From Verrucomicrobiia bacterium (GTDB lineage: Bacteria > Verrucomicrobiota > Verrucomicrobiia > Limisphaerales > UBA1319), in NCBI GenBank assembly GCA_963664225.1, contig OY760937.1:2560001-2624000 (forward strand): a DNA stretch of 64,000 nucleotides, written 5' to 3'. Below are positions 51,042-62,624 of this stretch, in pieces (position 1 is the stretch's first letter; every line of letters begins with the position of its first letter). Under the pieces are notes generated by a model. It made no database searches and had not been told where the DNA came from. It saw only the letters and a program-made list of their open reading frames with translations. Both the position numbers and the translations under genes were made by a program.

Positions 51042-53297
51042 ATGGACCAAAAACAAGTGTCTCCATGTTTTGCAAGAACCGTCCGTCCTAATACAACACC
51101 TGTGCTTTTAAGAACCGCCGATGCCAGGACGTTGCTGCCGACTCTCCTGGTTCTATTACTGGTGTTTGCGTTGCCCGCTGCGCTCCAGGCGCAATTCCAT
51201 TACTCAACTAATTTCGGAAGCATCACCATAACGAGTTACACCGGGTCCGGGGATGTAGTCAGCATTCCGGATGTCATTGAGGGTTTGCCAGTCACAAGCA
51301 TAGGCGACAACGCATTTTATTACTGCAGAAACCTTAGAAGCATCACGATCCCCAACAGCGTCACCATCATAGGAACCAGAGCTTTCCAAAACTGCTTCAA
51401 ACTGGCGGACATTACGATCCCCGATGGTGTCACCACGATCAGGGATGGAGCGTTCTACAATTGCGGTAGCCTGACGAGCATCACGATCCCCGACAGTGTC
51501 ACCAATCTCGGGGATTTCGTTTTCTTTAGCTGCGGCCTGACGAATATCACGATTGGCAAAGGCGTCACCAGCTTGGGATACGATTTATTCGATTATTGCT
51601 TCGGGCTGAAAAGCATTACGATACACGACAACATCACCAGTATCGGGGACGATACATTCCGTTATTGCACTAATTTGACGGACGTCACGATCCCCGAAAG
51701 CGTCACCAGTCTCGGGCATGAGGTTTTCAATGAATGCACGAGCCTGACGAATGTCACGATTGGCAAAGGTGTCACCAACCTCTCGATCAGCGTGTTCAAC
51801 GATTGCACGAGTTTGAAATCAATTACAGCAGATGAGCTCAATCCTTCCTATCGGAGCATAGATGGGGTTTTGTTCAACAAAGATCAAACCACGCTCATTC
51901 GATTCCCGCTAAATAAGACCGGAAGTTATACCCTCTCCGATGGCGTCACCCTCATTGGGGACGGTGCGTTCTCCGCATGCACTGGCCTGACAAACATCAC
52001 AATAGGAAAGGGCATCAGCAATATTGGGGATAATCAATTCAATGGCTGCAGCAATCTGAAAAGCATCACGATTCCCAATAGCGTCGCAAACATCGGAAAT
52101 GGAGCTTTTATTAACTGCGTCAGTCTGACAGACATCTCTATTCCCAATAGCGTCGCAAACATTGGCGATTATGGGTTCGCGAATTGCGCCAGCCTGGCAA
52201 ACATCACGATCCCCAGCGGCGTCTATACCTTGGGAGCTTATGCGTTCACCAAATGCACCAATCTGACAAACGTTACGATCCTCAACGGTATTGCCACCAT
52301 CAGGGATTGGACGTTCGATAACTGCCTCAACCTTCAAACGGTGACAATTCCTGAAAGTGTCGCCAGTATCGGAGCTCGGGTGTTCAATAACTGCACGAGC
52401 CTGACTGATATTACTATTCCAGACAGGGCTCGCAGTATTGGTGAATATACGTTCAATAACTGCACGAGTCTGGAATACGTTACGATACCTAATAGTGTCA
52501 TAACCATTAAAACGTGCGCGTTCTTTAACTGCACCAGTCTGACAAACATCACAATCCCCGACAGTGTCACCAGCATCGAAAGCTACACGTTTTACAATTG
52601 CACGAGCCTGAAAGGCATTACGATAGGCAAAGGTCTCAGCAGCATGGGCTGGCGTGCATTGTCCGGTTGCACGAGTTTGTCCGGAATCACGGTGGATGAA
52701 CACAATTCCTACTACTCGAGTTTTGCCGGTTCACTTTTTAATAAGAAGAAGACCGAACTTATTCAATTTCCAATAATGCAGACTGGAAATTATGCGATTC
52801 CCAATACCGTCACCACTATTGCGGGCTTTGCGTTTTCTTCTGCAAGATTGGGCCTCATCACCATTCCCAATAGTGTCACCAACATTGCATTCAGCACGTT
52901 CTCCTACTGCTCAAGCCTGACCAACGTCTATTTTCAAGGTAACGCTCCCGGCATTGACTCGTATGTGTTCGATGGCGCCAACAACGCAACCGTCTATTAC
53001 CTGCCGGGGACCACAGGCTGGGCTGCATCCTTCGGCGGTCGGCCGACAGCTCCGTGGGTTCTTCCGAACCCGCTGATCTTAAATTACGGTTCCGGCTTTG
53101 GCGCGAATACCAACGGCTTCGGTTTCGTCATCTCCTGGGCCACGAACGCGACCGTCGTCGTGGAAGCGTGTGACGACCTCACCAATTCCGGCTGGTCACC
53201 GCTTCAAACCAACGCCCTCGTCAACGGCTCATCCTATTTCAGCGATTCCGAGTGGGTCAATTATCCCGGACGGCTCTACCGCCTGCGCATGCCATAA
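51042..53297 (+). CDS. BspA-type LRR surface protein
   Basis: LRR_5 repeats; conserved C-terminal domain ending YRLRMP. Confidence 0.92.
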   Translation: MDQKQVSPCFARTVRPNTTPVLLRTADARTLLPTLLVLLLVFALPAALQAQFHYSTNFGSITITSYTGSGDVVSIPDVIEGLPVTSIGDNAFYYCRNLRSITIPNSVTIIGTRAFQNCFKLADITIPDGVTTIRDGAFYNCGSLTSITIPDSVTNLGDFVFFSCGLTNITIGKGVTSLGYDLFDYCFGLKSITIHDNITSIGDDTFRYCTNLTDVTIPESVTSLGHEVFNECTSLTNVTIGKGVTNLSISVFNDCTSLKSITADELNPSYRSIDGVLFNKDQTTLIRFPLNKTGSYTLSDGVTLIGDGAFSACTGLTNITIGKGISNIGDNQFNGCSNLKSITIPNSVANIGNGAFINCVSLTDISIPNSVANIGDYGFANCASLANITIPSGVYTLGAYAFTKCTNLTNVTILNGIATIRDWTFDNCLNLQTVTIPESVASIGARVFNNCTSLTDITIPDRARSIGEYTFNNCTSLEYVTIPNSVITIKTCAFFNCTSLTNITIPDSVTSIESYTFYNCTSLKGITIGKGLSSMGWRALSGCTSLSGITVDEHNSYYSSFAGSLFNKKKTELIQFPIMQTGNYAIPNTVTTIAGFAFSSARLGLITIPNSVTNIAFSTFSYCSSLTNVYFQGNAPGIDSYVFDGANNATVYYLPGTTGWAASFGGRPTAPWVLPNPLILNYGSGFGANTNGFGFVISWATNATVVVEACDDLTNSGWSPLQTNALVNGSSYFSDSEWVNYPGRLYRLRMP

Positions 53298-53532
53298 GGC
53301 ACCAAGGCACGGACGTGCTCCAGCAGAAATTGAAAATGGAATGGCGCGGCAAATGGGGCCGGCGCGTCTTAGAGGGAACAAGGTTTTAAGCAAAAGCTTT
53401 TTTGGTGGATTTTATAATTGGATGCAGGTTCTGGAGCCTTCCACAGTTGTGAAACAGAGACCAATTTCGAGGTTCGCCGGATGTCTGTGGATTTCTTGAT
53501 ATATCAGCCCGCGCATGGCATCCTGAATCAAG

Positions 53533-55227
53533 GTGTTCATAAGAAAATTACAAGGTCCCGTCTGTTTTACGAGAACCGCCAATGCCACGAGGTTGATGCT
53601 CATTGTCCTATTGCTGGCATTACCCGCCGCGCTGCTGGCCCAATTCGATTACACGACGAATGACGGCGCGATCACGATCACGAATTATACCGGCGGCGAA
53701 GGCGCGGTCACCGTCCCGGATGTGATCGACGGCCTGCCGGTCACCAGAATCGCCAACAATGCGTTTCTTTCCTGCTACGGGCTGACCAACATCATGATTG
53801 GCGGCAGCGTGACCAACATCGGGGCCGCGGCGTTCAATGGCTGCACGAATCTGGGGGCCATCACCATGGACGACCTCAATCCTGTTTATGCGAGTCTGGC
53901 CGGGGTTTTGTTCGATAAGAATCTGACCGCGCTCATTCAATATCCGGTTGGCCACGGTGCAGACTATACGATCCCCGGCAGTGTCACCCGCATCGGGGCC
54001 GCGGCATTCTACAATTGCACCGGTCTGACCAACATCCTGATCGGCGACAGCGTCACCCGCATCGGTAATAGCGCGTTCTACAACTGCAGCGGTCTGACCC
54101 AGCTCACGCTTCCCAACAGCGTCACCAACATCGGGGCCGGGGCGTTCTCAAGCTGCGCCAGTCTGACTGACATCGCGATTCCCGACAGTGTGATCGAACT
54201 CCAGGATGGGACGTTCGACAATTGCTCCAGTCTGACCAACGTGACGATCCCCGATGGCGTTGCCAACATTGGGAATTATGCGCTCTCCGGGTGCGCGAGC
54301 CTGACCGCCGTGGAGCTCCCCAACGGAGTCACCAACATCGGGGTTGGAGCCTTTTCCAACTGCTCGAGCCTGACCAATATCGCGGTTCCCAACGGCGTTA
54401 CCAACATCGGGGCGGCGGCGTTTGCGAACTGCTACAACCTCACCAACATCACGCTGCCCGGCAGCGTTGCCAGCATCGGGTGGAACGCGTTCGGGAATTG
54501 CACCAACCTGGCGAGCATGACGATCCCCGACTGCGTCACCACCATCAACAACGAAACTTTCCGATGTTGTTACAACATGACCAATGTCACATTTTTAGGG
54601 AGTAACATTACCAGCATCGGATCCGGGGCCTTTGGGGATTGCACCTTGCTGAGCGGCGTCGCGATCCCCAACGGCGTCATCAGCATCGGGGATGGCGCGT
54701 TCTCCTGGTGTCGGAGTCTGACCAACGTCACGATACCCGAGAGCCTGACCAGCATTGGGACCGAATCGTTCAATTATTGCACCAGCCTGACCAACCTCAC
54801 GATACCAAACAGCGTCACCCGCATTGGAGATGGCGCGTTCGCCGGATGCAGCGGCCTGACCGGCATTTTTTTCGAAGGCAACTCCCCCAGCGTGGGTTCC
54901 TCTCCATTCGTTTATGCCGAACGTGTGACCGTCTATTACCTGCCGGGAACCACGGGCTGGGAGGCGACCTTTGGGGGGCGTCCGACCGCATTGTGGAATC
55001 CGGAGCCGCTTACCATCGATGCGAGCCTTGGCCGACCGACCAATTACTTCGGATTCAACATCACCGGTGCCAGCAACCTGGTTGTCGTTGTGGAAGGCTG
55101 CACCAATCTGACCAGTCCCACCTGGTTCCCGCTCCAAACCAACACGCTCACCGACGGTATTTTCTATTTCAGCGATCCTGAGTGGACCAATTATTCCGGA
55201 CGGTTCTATCGGTTGCGCGTGCCGTGA
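53533..55227 (+). CDS. BspA-type LRR surface protein (start uncertain)
   Basis: LRR_5 repeats; ends FYRLRVP. Confidence 0.92.
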   Translation: MFIRKLQGPVCFTRTANATRLMLIVLLLALPAALLAQFDYTTNDGAITITNYTGGEGAVTVPDVIDGLPVTRIANNAFLSCYGLTNIMIGGSVTNIGAAAFNGCTNLGAITMDDLNPVYASLAGVLFDKNLTALIQYPVGHGADYTIPGSVTRIGAAAFYNCTGLTNILIGDSVTRIGNSAFYNCSGLTQLTLPNSVTNIGAGAFSSCASLTDIAIPDSVIELQDGTFDNCSSLTNVTIPDGVANIGNYALSGCASLTAVELPNGVTNIGVGAFSNCSSLTNIAVPNGVTNIGAAAFANCYNLTNITLPGSVASIGWNAFGNCTNLASMTIPDCVTTINNETFRCCYNMTNVTFLGSNITSIGSGAFGDCTLLSGVAIPNGVISIGDGAFSWCRSLTNVTIPESLTSIGTESFNYCTSLTNLTIPNSVTRIGDGAFAGCSGLTGIFFEGNSPSVGSSPFVYAERVTVYYLPGTTGWEATFGGRPTALWNPEPLTIDASLGRPTNYFGFNITGASNLVVVVEGCTNLTSPTWFPLQTNTLTDGIFYFSDPEWTNYSGRFYRLRVP

Positions 55228-55379
55228 GATGGAGGGAAACTACCCACGTATTGAAAGGGAGAAGCGACAAAGCCGCAATGCGCCCCGTGACAATCTTTTA
55301 GCGCAATTCGATTTGACAGCGGGATACGCTTCTGAAACTCTGCAGTTTCGCTGGTCTGTTGTTCTTGTCGGAATAATAA

Positions 55380-57605
55380 GTGGAGGAACATTACGTGTCG
55401 CACAATAAAAAAACGAAGTGTGCTTTTGCCTGGAAATTGGTTGCACTGCTGGCGTTTCTGCTTGTCTGCCAACCTGGCCAGACTCTCGGCCAGACTTATG
55501 ATTACTTCAAATACTCGGTCAGTGGCAGCAACGTGACAATTACAGGGTACTTCGGCCTTGGTGGCGCGGTCACAATACCCGACTCAATACCGGAAGTGGG
55601 AACAGTCACCTCCATCGAAAAGAACGCGTTCTTGAATTGCACCAGCCTGACCTACATCACCATTCCCAGCAGCGTCATCACCATAGGAGACGCAGCGTTC
55701 GCCAGATGCACTGGTCTGACCGGCGTCACCATCCCCAGCAGCGCCGCCTCTATCGGAGATCGGGCGTTCGCCTTCTGCAGCAGCCTAATTGCCATTAATG
55801 TAGATTCAAACAACGCTTCCTATAGCAGTCAAAACGGTGTGCTTTTCAACAAGAGCCAGACAGTGCTCGTTCAGTATCCTGGAGGAATTAAAGGGACATA
55901 CACCATCCCCAACAGCGTCACATCCATCGGAGTTGCGGCGTTCCTCGCCACTGGCCTGACCGGCATCTCAATCCCCAACAGTGTCACCTCCATCGGAACC
56001 TACGCGTTCAACTGGTGCATCGATCTGACCGACATCACCATCCCTAACAGTGTCACCACAATTGGAAACGGAGCGTTCGGAGGCTGCACCAGTCTGATCA
56101 GCGTCACCATCCCTAACAGTGTCACCTCCATCGGAGACTACGCGTTCTCCGGTTGTTTCAGCCTGACAAACATCACCATCCCTAACGGAGTCACCTCTAT
56201 TGGAAACTACGCGTTTGGAGACTGTATCGGTCTGACCAGCATCATCATTCCAAATAGCGTAACCTCCCTGGGTGGCGGGGCATTCCAAAAATGTGCCGGT
56301 CTGACCAGTATCACCCTCCCTAACAGCGTCACATACATCGGAGACTGGACGTTCTATGGCTGCACCGACCTGACCAGCGTTACCATCCCCAGCAGCGTCA
56401 CCTCCATCGGAGGCAGTGCATTCGAAACCTGCACCGGCCTGACCAGCATTACCATACCAAACAGCGTCATCTCCATAGGTGATGCGGCGTTCGCCAACTG
56501 CGCCGGCCTGACCAACATCACCTTCCTGAACAGCGTGACATCCATTGGAGCGTTCGCGTTCAACAATTGCACGGGTTTGACCAACATCACCATCCCCAGT
56601 AGCGTTACCTCCATAAAATACGAGGCATTCGGCAGATGCACCGGCCTAATTGCCTTTAATGTTGATTCAAACAACGCTTCCTATAGTAGTCAAAACGGTG
56701 TGCTTTTCAACAAAAGCCAGACAGCGCTCCTTCAGTATCCTCAAGGGATTAACGGAACATACACGATTTCCAACAGCGTCACCTCCATCGGAGTGATGGC
56801 GTTCGAAAACTGCACCGGCCTGACCGGCATTACCATACCAAACAGCGTCACCAACATAGATGCGGGGGCATTCTTTAGCTGCAGCGGTCTGACAAACATC
56901 ACGATCCCCAACAGTGTCACCTCCATTGGTGGCGGGGCATTCGAAAGCTGTACCGGTCTGACCAGTATCACCATCCCCAACAGTGTCGGCTCCATCGGAG
57001 ACTACGCATTCTTCAGTTGCACGGGCCTGACCCACATCACCGCCCTCAGTGGCGTCACCAACATCGGAGACAGCGCATTCTACAGTTGCACAGGTCTGAC
57101 AAACATAACGATCCCCAACAGCGTCACCTCCGTCGGAGAGCTGGCGTTCGCATGGTGCACCAGCCTGACCAGCGTCACCATCCCCAATAGTGTCACCTCC
57201 ATCGGAGGCTGGGCGTTCGAACGGTGCGCCAACCTGACCAGTGTCTATTTCCAGGGTAACGCTCCCAGTCTTGGAGGGTATGTTTTTGACGGCAGCCAGT
57301 ATACGACCGTCTATTACTTGCCCGGCACCACAGGATGGAGCACGGATTTTGGTGGTCTTCCGACGACATTATGGAATCCAATGCCTCTGGCTGGGGACAG
57401 CCGCTTTGGCGTGCGCACAAATCAGTTTGGATTTCAGATCACTGGTGCCAGCGGCATCATGGTCGTTGTGGAAACAGCCAGCACTCTGACCAATCCCATT
57501 TGGATACCTGTGCAAACAAACATCCTGGCCGGGGGAATAGCCGATTTTAGCGATCCCCAGTGGACGAATTATACCAGCAGGTTTTATCGTTTTCGCATGC
57601 CGTGA
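55380..57605 (+). CDS. BspA-type LRR surface protein (start uncertain)
   Basis: LRR_5 repeats; ends FYRFRMP. Confidence 0.92.
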   Translation: MEEHYVSHNKKTKCAFAWKLVALLAFLLVCQPGQTLGQTYDYFKYSVSGSNVTITGYFGLGGAVTIPDSIPEVGTVTSIEKNAFLNCTSLTYITIPSSVITIGDAAFARCTGLTGVTIPSSAASIGDRAFAFCSSLIAINVDSNNASYSSQNGVLFNKSQTVLVQYPGGIKGTYTIPNSVTSIGVAAFLATGLTGISIPNSVTSIGTYAFNWCIDLTDITIPNSVTTIGNGAFGGCTSLISVTIPNSVTSIGDYAFSGCFSLTNITIPNGVTSIGNYAFGDCIGLTSIIIPNSVTSLGGGAFQKCAGLTSITLPNSVTYIGDWTFYGCTDLTSVTIPSSVTSIGGSAFETCTGLTSITIPNSVISIGDAAFANCAGLTNITFLNSVTSIGAFAFNNCTGLTNITIPSSVTSIKYEAFGRCTGLIAFNVDSNNASYSSQNGVLFNKSQTALLQYPQGINGTYTISNSVTSIGVMAFENCTGLTGITIPNSVTNIDAGAFFSCSGLTNITIPNSVTSIGGGAFESCTGLTSITIPNSVGSIGDYAFFSCTGLTHITALSGVTNIGDSAFYSCTGLTNITIPNSVTSVGELAFAWCTSLTSVTIPNSVTSIGGWAFERCANLTSVYFQGNAPSLGGYVFDGSQYTTVYYLPGTTGWSTDFGGLPTTLWNPMPLAGDSRFGVRTNQFGFQITGASGIMVVVETASTLTNPIWIPVQTNILAGGIADFSDPQWTNYTSRFYRFRMP

Positions 57606-57617
57606 GGTGGAACGCGG

Positions 57618-59498
57618 TTATTTTGAGTTTAAACGAGTCCGCAGCTTTGTGGCGTTCCCGTTGTAGAGTTTTTTCAGAATGTCGTCGTTGAGGCCGAGGC
57701 CGTTCAAAGACCAGTGATAGGTGGAGAAATTCCAATCGTAGAAATGCTCGTCCTCGGTTTCCAGAATCCGAAACGTGGTGCGATACATTTCAGGATCGGT
57801 GCCCATGTCCGTGCCGTAAAACAGACGGTCCTGGTAACGGTTGAAGAAACGGGAGGCGTTGTGCGGGATGGGGGCGATTTCCGCCATGCGCGCGCCGATA
57901 TCCGCGTAAAGATTCGGATGGCGATCCAGCAGCGCAGCCAGCTTTGAGAGGTCATAACAGCAGTTGGCAAAGTGACAGGCGATGAAGATTGTGCGGGGAT
58001 GCTTTTTGACGGTCCGGTCGAGGGTGGCAATGACTTCGTCGTGTTCGAGAATGCCGGGTTTGCGAACGATCCGCCATGTGAAGGCGTTCATCAGGCCGTC
58101 GTTGGTCGCATCCATCGGCTCATACATCCAGCGGTCTTCGCCCACATGAATGTTCACGGGCAAGCCCAAGTCCGCGCATTTTTCGAGGATCGCGTCCATG
58201 CGCGCGTCATCCATGTGCATGCCGCCGGAGTTGCCGACCAACCCGCCTCCCTTATCGCTGAGTTCGCCGACGCCCACGGCGCCGGCCTTGCGACAGCGTT
58301 CCAATTCGGCAATGGCTGCGGGACCGAATCCCGGCTGGTCATAGCCGGTGAAATCAATGCCACACCAGACTTCGAATCGGTCCGGGTGTTTCATAAATCG
58401 GGCTGCAGCGTCGTCAAACGATTTGCCGGTGGTCCCCAGCATCACCACGGTTTTTTCAAGCCCCACGGCATCCATGTTTTTAATCCACTGCTCCACATTG
58501 GGCTCCGTCTTCGCATAGGCATGGGAGTGCATGTCGATGACCGGAAAACGGGCCTTCTCCACACGCGTCTGAGGAATCTTATAAATGGAATGGGGGCGAT
58601 ATTGCTCCAGCAGCAGCTTGTCCGGCGAAATGGGGGTTTGCGCGCAAGCGGTGGCAGCGGCCAGACCAAGACAGGCCGCGAGGCTCAGCGTGCGCTTCCA
58701 GAAGAAATTGAGCACGGAATGTCTGGCGGCGGTCTGGTGATGCGCAATGGCCTGGGTGATGAATTCCTTGGCGTGGGCGACGGCCTTTGCCAGTTGCATT
58801 CGGCGCGCGCAGCAGGCGGTGATGGCGGCGGAATAGGTGCAACCGGTGCCGTGGGTGGAAACGCCCTTGATGAACGGGGCCTCCAGGAACCATTCCCCGC
58901 CCTGCCCGTGAAAGAAATCGATGGCCTGTTTGGAGTCGCGCAGGTGGCCGCCTTTGACGAGCGCCGCGCAGCCGTAGAGTTCATGAATTTCCCGGGCGGC
59001 GGCACGGGCGGCATCGATGGAAGCGATTTTGCGGCCGATCAGGATTTCGGCCTCGTCGATATTCGGCGTGACCAGGGTGGCCAGAGGAAGGAGTTCGCGC
59101 TTGAGGGTGGCGATGGCCCCGGGTTTGAGGAGAGGCGCGCCGCTGGTGGCGACCATGACGGGATCGACGATGAGGGGCAGGCCGCGCGGAGCGAGAGTTT
59201 TCAGGGAGGCGGCGACCGCGCGAATGATTTCCTCGGAGTAAAGCATCCCGGTTTTGACGGCGGCCGGGGGCAGCTCCGCAAAGACGGCTTCGATTTGCAG
59301 GCGAACCATGGCGCTGGCGCAGGGATGAATGCCCAGGACGGCTTTGGGGTTCTGCGCGGTCAGGCAGGTGATGGCGCTGGTGCCGTGGGTTCCCAGGGCG
59401 GCAAAGGTCTTTAAATCGGCTTGAATGCCGGCGCCGCCGCCGCTGTCCGAGCCGGCAATGGTCAGGGCGATGGGAATGGAACCTTGAGAGCGTTTCAT
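57618..59498 (-). CDS. thiD: HMP/HMP-P kinase fused in frame to an amidohydrolase_2-family domain
   Basis: aa 1-267: TIAGSDSGGGAGIQADLK, KGGH, THGTGC. Remainder: IDMHSH, GVGE, IACHFAN, YGTD. Confidence 0.88.
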   Translation of the reverse strand: MKRSQGSIPIALTIAGSDSGGGAGIQADLKTFAALGTHGTSAITCLTAQNPKAVLGIHPCASAMVRLQIEAVFAELPPAAVKTGMLYSEEIIRAVAASLKTLAPRGLPLIVDPVMVATSGAPLLKPGAIATLKRELLPLATLVTPNIDEAEILIGRKIASIDAARAAAREIHELYGCAALVKGGHLRDSKQAIDFFHGQGGEWFLEAPFIKGVSTHGTGCTYSAAITACCARRMQLAKAVAHAKEFITQAIAHHQTAARHSVLNFFWKRTLSLAACLGLAAATACAQTPISPDKLLLEQYRPHSIYKIPQTRVEKARFPVIDMHSHAYAKTEPNVEQWIKNMDAVGLEKTVVMLGTTGKSFDDAAARFMKHPDRFEVWCGIDFTGYDQPGFGPAAIAELERCRKAGAVGVGELSDKGGGLVGNSGGMHMDDARMDAILEKCADLGLPVNIHVGEDRWMYEPMDATNDGLMNAFTWRIVRKPGILEHDEVIATLDRTVKKHPRTIFIACHFANCCYDLSKLAALLDRHPNLYADIGARMAEIAPIPHNASRFFNRYQDRLFYGTDMGTDPEMYRTTFRILETEDEHFYDWNFSTYHWSLNGLGLNDDILKKLYNGNATKLRTRLNSK

Positions 59499-59639
59499 GA
59501 TCGAAAGATGGATGGTTCCAGACGCCGAATCAATACCGCATTATTCGGCCTGGGCGATGGATATTTGGACGGCTGGCGGGATTGAAGAGATTTCGACTGG
59601 GATATTGATGGCGGACGATGGGGCGCGTAAATTGAGGGC

Positions 59640-60728
59640 ATGAAAACCATCCCACTTCAGCGGGCGCTTTGCAGCCTGCTTTCAGCATGGATCATTACCA
59701 CGGCATGTCTTGGGGCCGATCCCGGAGGCACCGCCAATCCCAACGCCTCCCCGGACGCCCGGGCGGTTTTGAAATATTTTCAGGATATTTCCAAACGCAC
59801 GAATAAACGGGTCATTTCGGGGCAATTCACGGATTTTGGCACCGGTGCCAGCCTTCGACTGATGGAGGATATTCACACGAAGACCGGGCACTGGCCGGGT
59901 CTGCTGGGGGCGGATTATGCGGATTTTGGAAAGGGAGGTTTGCTTTGCGACAAGGCGAACGCGGCGGCCATCGCCTACTGGAGAGAAGGCGGATTGGTGA
60001 CGCTCAGCGCGCACCTGTATAATCCGGCGAATCCCAAGGGGGGCGGGTTGAGGGACAAAGGGGTGGACCTGGCCACGCTGCTGGAGCCTGGGGAAACGCA
60101 TGATCGCTGGATGCGCCAGTTGGACCAGTTGGCGGGAGGGTTGCAGGAGTTGAAAGAGGCGGGCGTGGTGGTGCTGTGGCGGCCATTTCACGAGATGAAC
60201 GGTGACTGGTTCTGGTGGGGTCGCCAGGATCCCGCCACGTTCATCAAGGTATGGCGGCATATGTTCGATTACTTTTCCACGACCAAAAAACTCGATCATT
60301 TGCTGTGGGTTTATGGTCCCAATCACGGGGAGAAAACGGCGGCTTACTATGCCGGCGACGCTTATGTGGACCTGACGGGTCTGGATGCCTACACGGACTT
60401 CATCGATCCGCAGCACATCAAGGGGTATGCCGAAGTGGCGGCGTTGGGCAAGCCGTTCGGCTTTACGGAATACGGTCCCCATGGCCCCCAGGATCCACCG
60501 GGCGATTACGATTACCGGCGGTTTATTGCGGGCATTGAGAAGGATTTCCCGGCGACCTGCTTTTTCATGAGCTGGAATGGGAAATGGAGCCTGGCACGGA
60601 ATACCAACGAGAAAGAACTGCTGGAGAACCGGTTAATCATCAATCGCGAGGATTTGCCAAAGGATCTGTGGACCACGGCCGCTCCGGCCAAATCGACGGA
60701 AGAGAAGCCGACGGAAGAGAAGAAATAG
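59640..60728 (+). CDS. Glycoside hydrolase family 26 (beta-mannanase-like)
   Basis: WRPFHEMNGDWFWWG, GLDAY and KPFGFTEYG; signal peptide. Confidence 0.92.
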   Translation: MKTIPLQRALCSLLSAWIITTACLGADPGGTANPNASPDARAVLKYFQDISKRTNKRVISGQFTDFGTGASLRLMEDIHTKTGHWPGLLGADYADFGKGGLLCDKANAAAIAYWREGGLVTLSAHLYNPANPKGGGLRDKGVDLATLLEPGETHDRWMRQLDQLAGGLQELKEAGVVVLWRPFHEMNGDWFWWGRQDPATFIKVWRHMFDYFSTTKKLDHLLWVYGPNHGEKTAAYYAGDAYVDLTGLDAYTDFIDPQHIKGYAEVAALGKPFGFTEYGPHGPQDPPGDYDYRRFIAGIEKDFPATCFFMSWNGKWSLARNTNEKELLENRLIINREDLPKDLWTTAAPAKSTEEKPTEEKK

Positions 60729-60757
60729 GCTTCAAGTGGGCCATGTCCCGTGTTCAT

Positions 60758-60794
60758 AAAAAAGCCGGGCGGAAATGAATCCGTCCGGCTTTTT
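60758..60794. terminator. Bidirectional intrinsic terminator
   Basis: aaaaaagccgggcgga-aatgaa-tccgtccggcttttt between convergent genes. Confidence 0.85.
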
Positions 60795-60822
60795 CGCTGA
60801 AAAGGAAACCTGAAACAGGCGG

Positions 60823-62328
60823 CTATTTCTTAATGGTGACGCTGATCTGGTGGCGCTCGAGCGTGGAGCCTTCCGCCAGCGACAGAGTGGCCAGGGCCTT
60901 ATTATAGGAGGCCAGGGCGGAGATCTCGTTGGATTCGGCAGCGGTCAGGTCCCGTTGAATCTGGAGGACTTCGTAGCTGGTGCTCTTGCCGTTCTCGTAG
61001 AGCTTCTGTTGAGCATCGAGGGCGGCCTCGGCATAGACGCGGGCATCGCGGGTGGAAGTCACGCTATCCAGCGAGGTTTGGGCATCCTTGACGGCGTTGT
61101 CGATGTTGACCAAGACTCTCTGCTCCAACTGCTTGAGTTGCAGCAATATTTGCTGTTTTTGCGCCTTCGAAGTTTTGTAACTGTAGCGGGCCCTTTTGTT
61201 GGTCAAAGGGAAGCTCAAGACCGCGCCATAGGAATAGCTGGGGCTGCTTCCCTCTTCCATCTGGCCGAGCACGCCACCGTAATCCCGCATGATGCCATTG
61301 GCTCCGCTATGGCCGTAGCTTCCGGTAAGGTCCAGCTCTGGAAATAATTGATTGCGGCTGAAACGCAGCTCGATGTCCTTGCTCTCGACATCCAACCGGG
61401 CCTGCTGGAGGTCGGGGCGCATGGTCATGCCTTTGTGCCAGCTATCCTGAAGGCTAAAGGCTTGGGGAATGGCCTCAAGTTTGGCGGCCGGCTCCACATC
61501 GATGGACGACCATTGGGAATAATTGTCGTGGATCAACTGTTTGAGGACATTTTGCTGAACCTGGACCTGCTGGCGGGCCTTGAGCAAAGCGGACTTGGTG
61601 GTGGCCATCTGGGATTCGGCCTGTTTTTCCGAGAGGGGGGCCAATGCGCCCAATTCGACGCGCTTTTTGTTTTCCTGGTAGAGCTTTGTGGCCAGTTCGA
61701 GCGCCTTTTCCTGAACTTTCACCATTTCACGGGCGCTGATCAGGTCGTAGTACCCGTTTTCAACGCTGGTGATGGTGTTCATGATGACGTAGCCCACATT
61801 GATGTCGGACTTCTCCAACGCCTTTTTGCTGACCGCGATGGTGTAGCGGGCATTGTCGATCCAAAAATTTTTCAAGAGCGGCTGAGTCAGCGAAATATTG
61901 GCGCCGCCCGAAGAACTCTCATAAGGCAAGGTGCCGCGAGAACCGTAGCTTTCATTGATATTCCCATTCAACGAATAGGTGGTGCCGCTGGGCAAAAGGC
62001 CACCCAGAGAAGTCTGGTAGTAGTTGGCATCGTTTACTCCGCCCGGGATGTTGAGTCGCGTGGTGCGGTCAATGCTGCTGGGCGACATGTTGAAGGCGTG
62101 GTTGCCGCTGACGCTGAAATTGGGGTCGTACGCCGCATAGCCCATGCTGACGGCATAACGGGCAATTCCGGGATTCAGCCGCTCGATCTGCACGTCCAGG
62201 TTGTGTTCCAGGGCGGACTTCACACAGTCGTCCATGGACATGGTGCGCACTTTGGGCGCTTCGGCGTCAGCCGCCATGCAGGCGGCCACTCCGGCCCATA
62301 AGCCAAGAATAATAGACTGAACTCGCAT
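60823..62328 (-). CDS. TolC-family outer membrane efflux protein
   Basis: Likely ATG at 62328 (MRVQSIILGLW signal); ALEHNLD, LTQPLL and RPDL; two OEP repeats. Confidence 0.9.
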   Translation of the reverse strand: MRVQSIILGLWAGVAACMAADAEAPKVRTMSMDDCVKSALEHNLDVQIERLNPGIARYAVSMGYAAYDPNFSVSGNHAFNMSPSSIDRTTRLNIPGGVNDANYYQTSLGGLLPSGTTYSLNGNINESYGSRGTLPYESSSGGANISLTQPLLKNFWIDNARYTIAVSKKALEKSDINVGYVIMNTITSVENGYYDLISAREMVKVQEKALELATKLYQENKKRVELGALAPLSEKQAESQMATTKSALLKARQQVQVQQNVLKQLIHDNYSQWSSIDVEPAAKLEAIPQAFSLQDSWHKGMTMRPDLQQARLDVESKDIELRFSRNQLFPELDLTGSYGHSGANGIMRDYGGVLGQMEEGSSPSYSYGAVLSFPLTNKRARYSYKTSKAQKQQILLQLKQLEQRVLVNIDNAVKDAQTSLDSVTSTRDARVYAEAALDAQQKLYENGKSTSYEVLQIQRDLTAAESNEISALASYNKALATLSLAEGSTLERHQISVTIKK

Positions 62329-62624
62329 GAGTTGCACAGAATGATATATTTTGCCAAATTCGTCAATAAAGCATGCGGGCGCATTCCGCGTTGCGCCGCC
62401 GGGAACGGATCTCAGGTTTATAGACACCGCACACAGGCCCAAGGTTTCAATTATTTCCAAATTTTGAAAACCGCCCAAATCCCTGGTGCCATGCGGGGGA
62501 AGCGGCAGGGCGAGAAGGCTCGGCGGGAGCCTCGCCCTACCAAGCCTCGCCTTACCAATACGACTGGCTGCGCACATTCTCTTTGCCGCGGACGAAGTTC
62601 CCGGCGACAGTCGACCTGAAATTG

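Noticed and set aside
46640..57605. Diversity-generating retroelement acting on the LRR genes
   Set aside because: No reverse transcriptase, and no template/variable repeat pair with adenine-specific differences seen.
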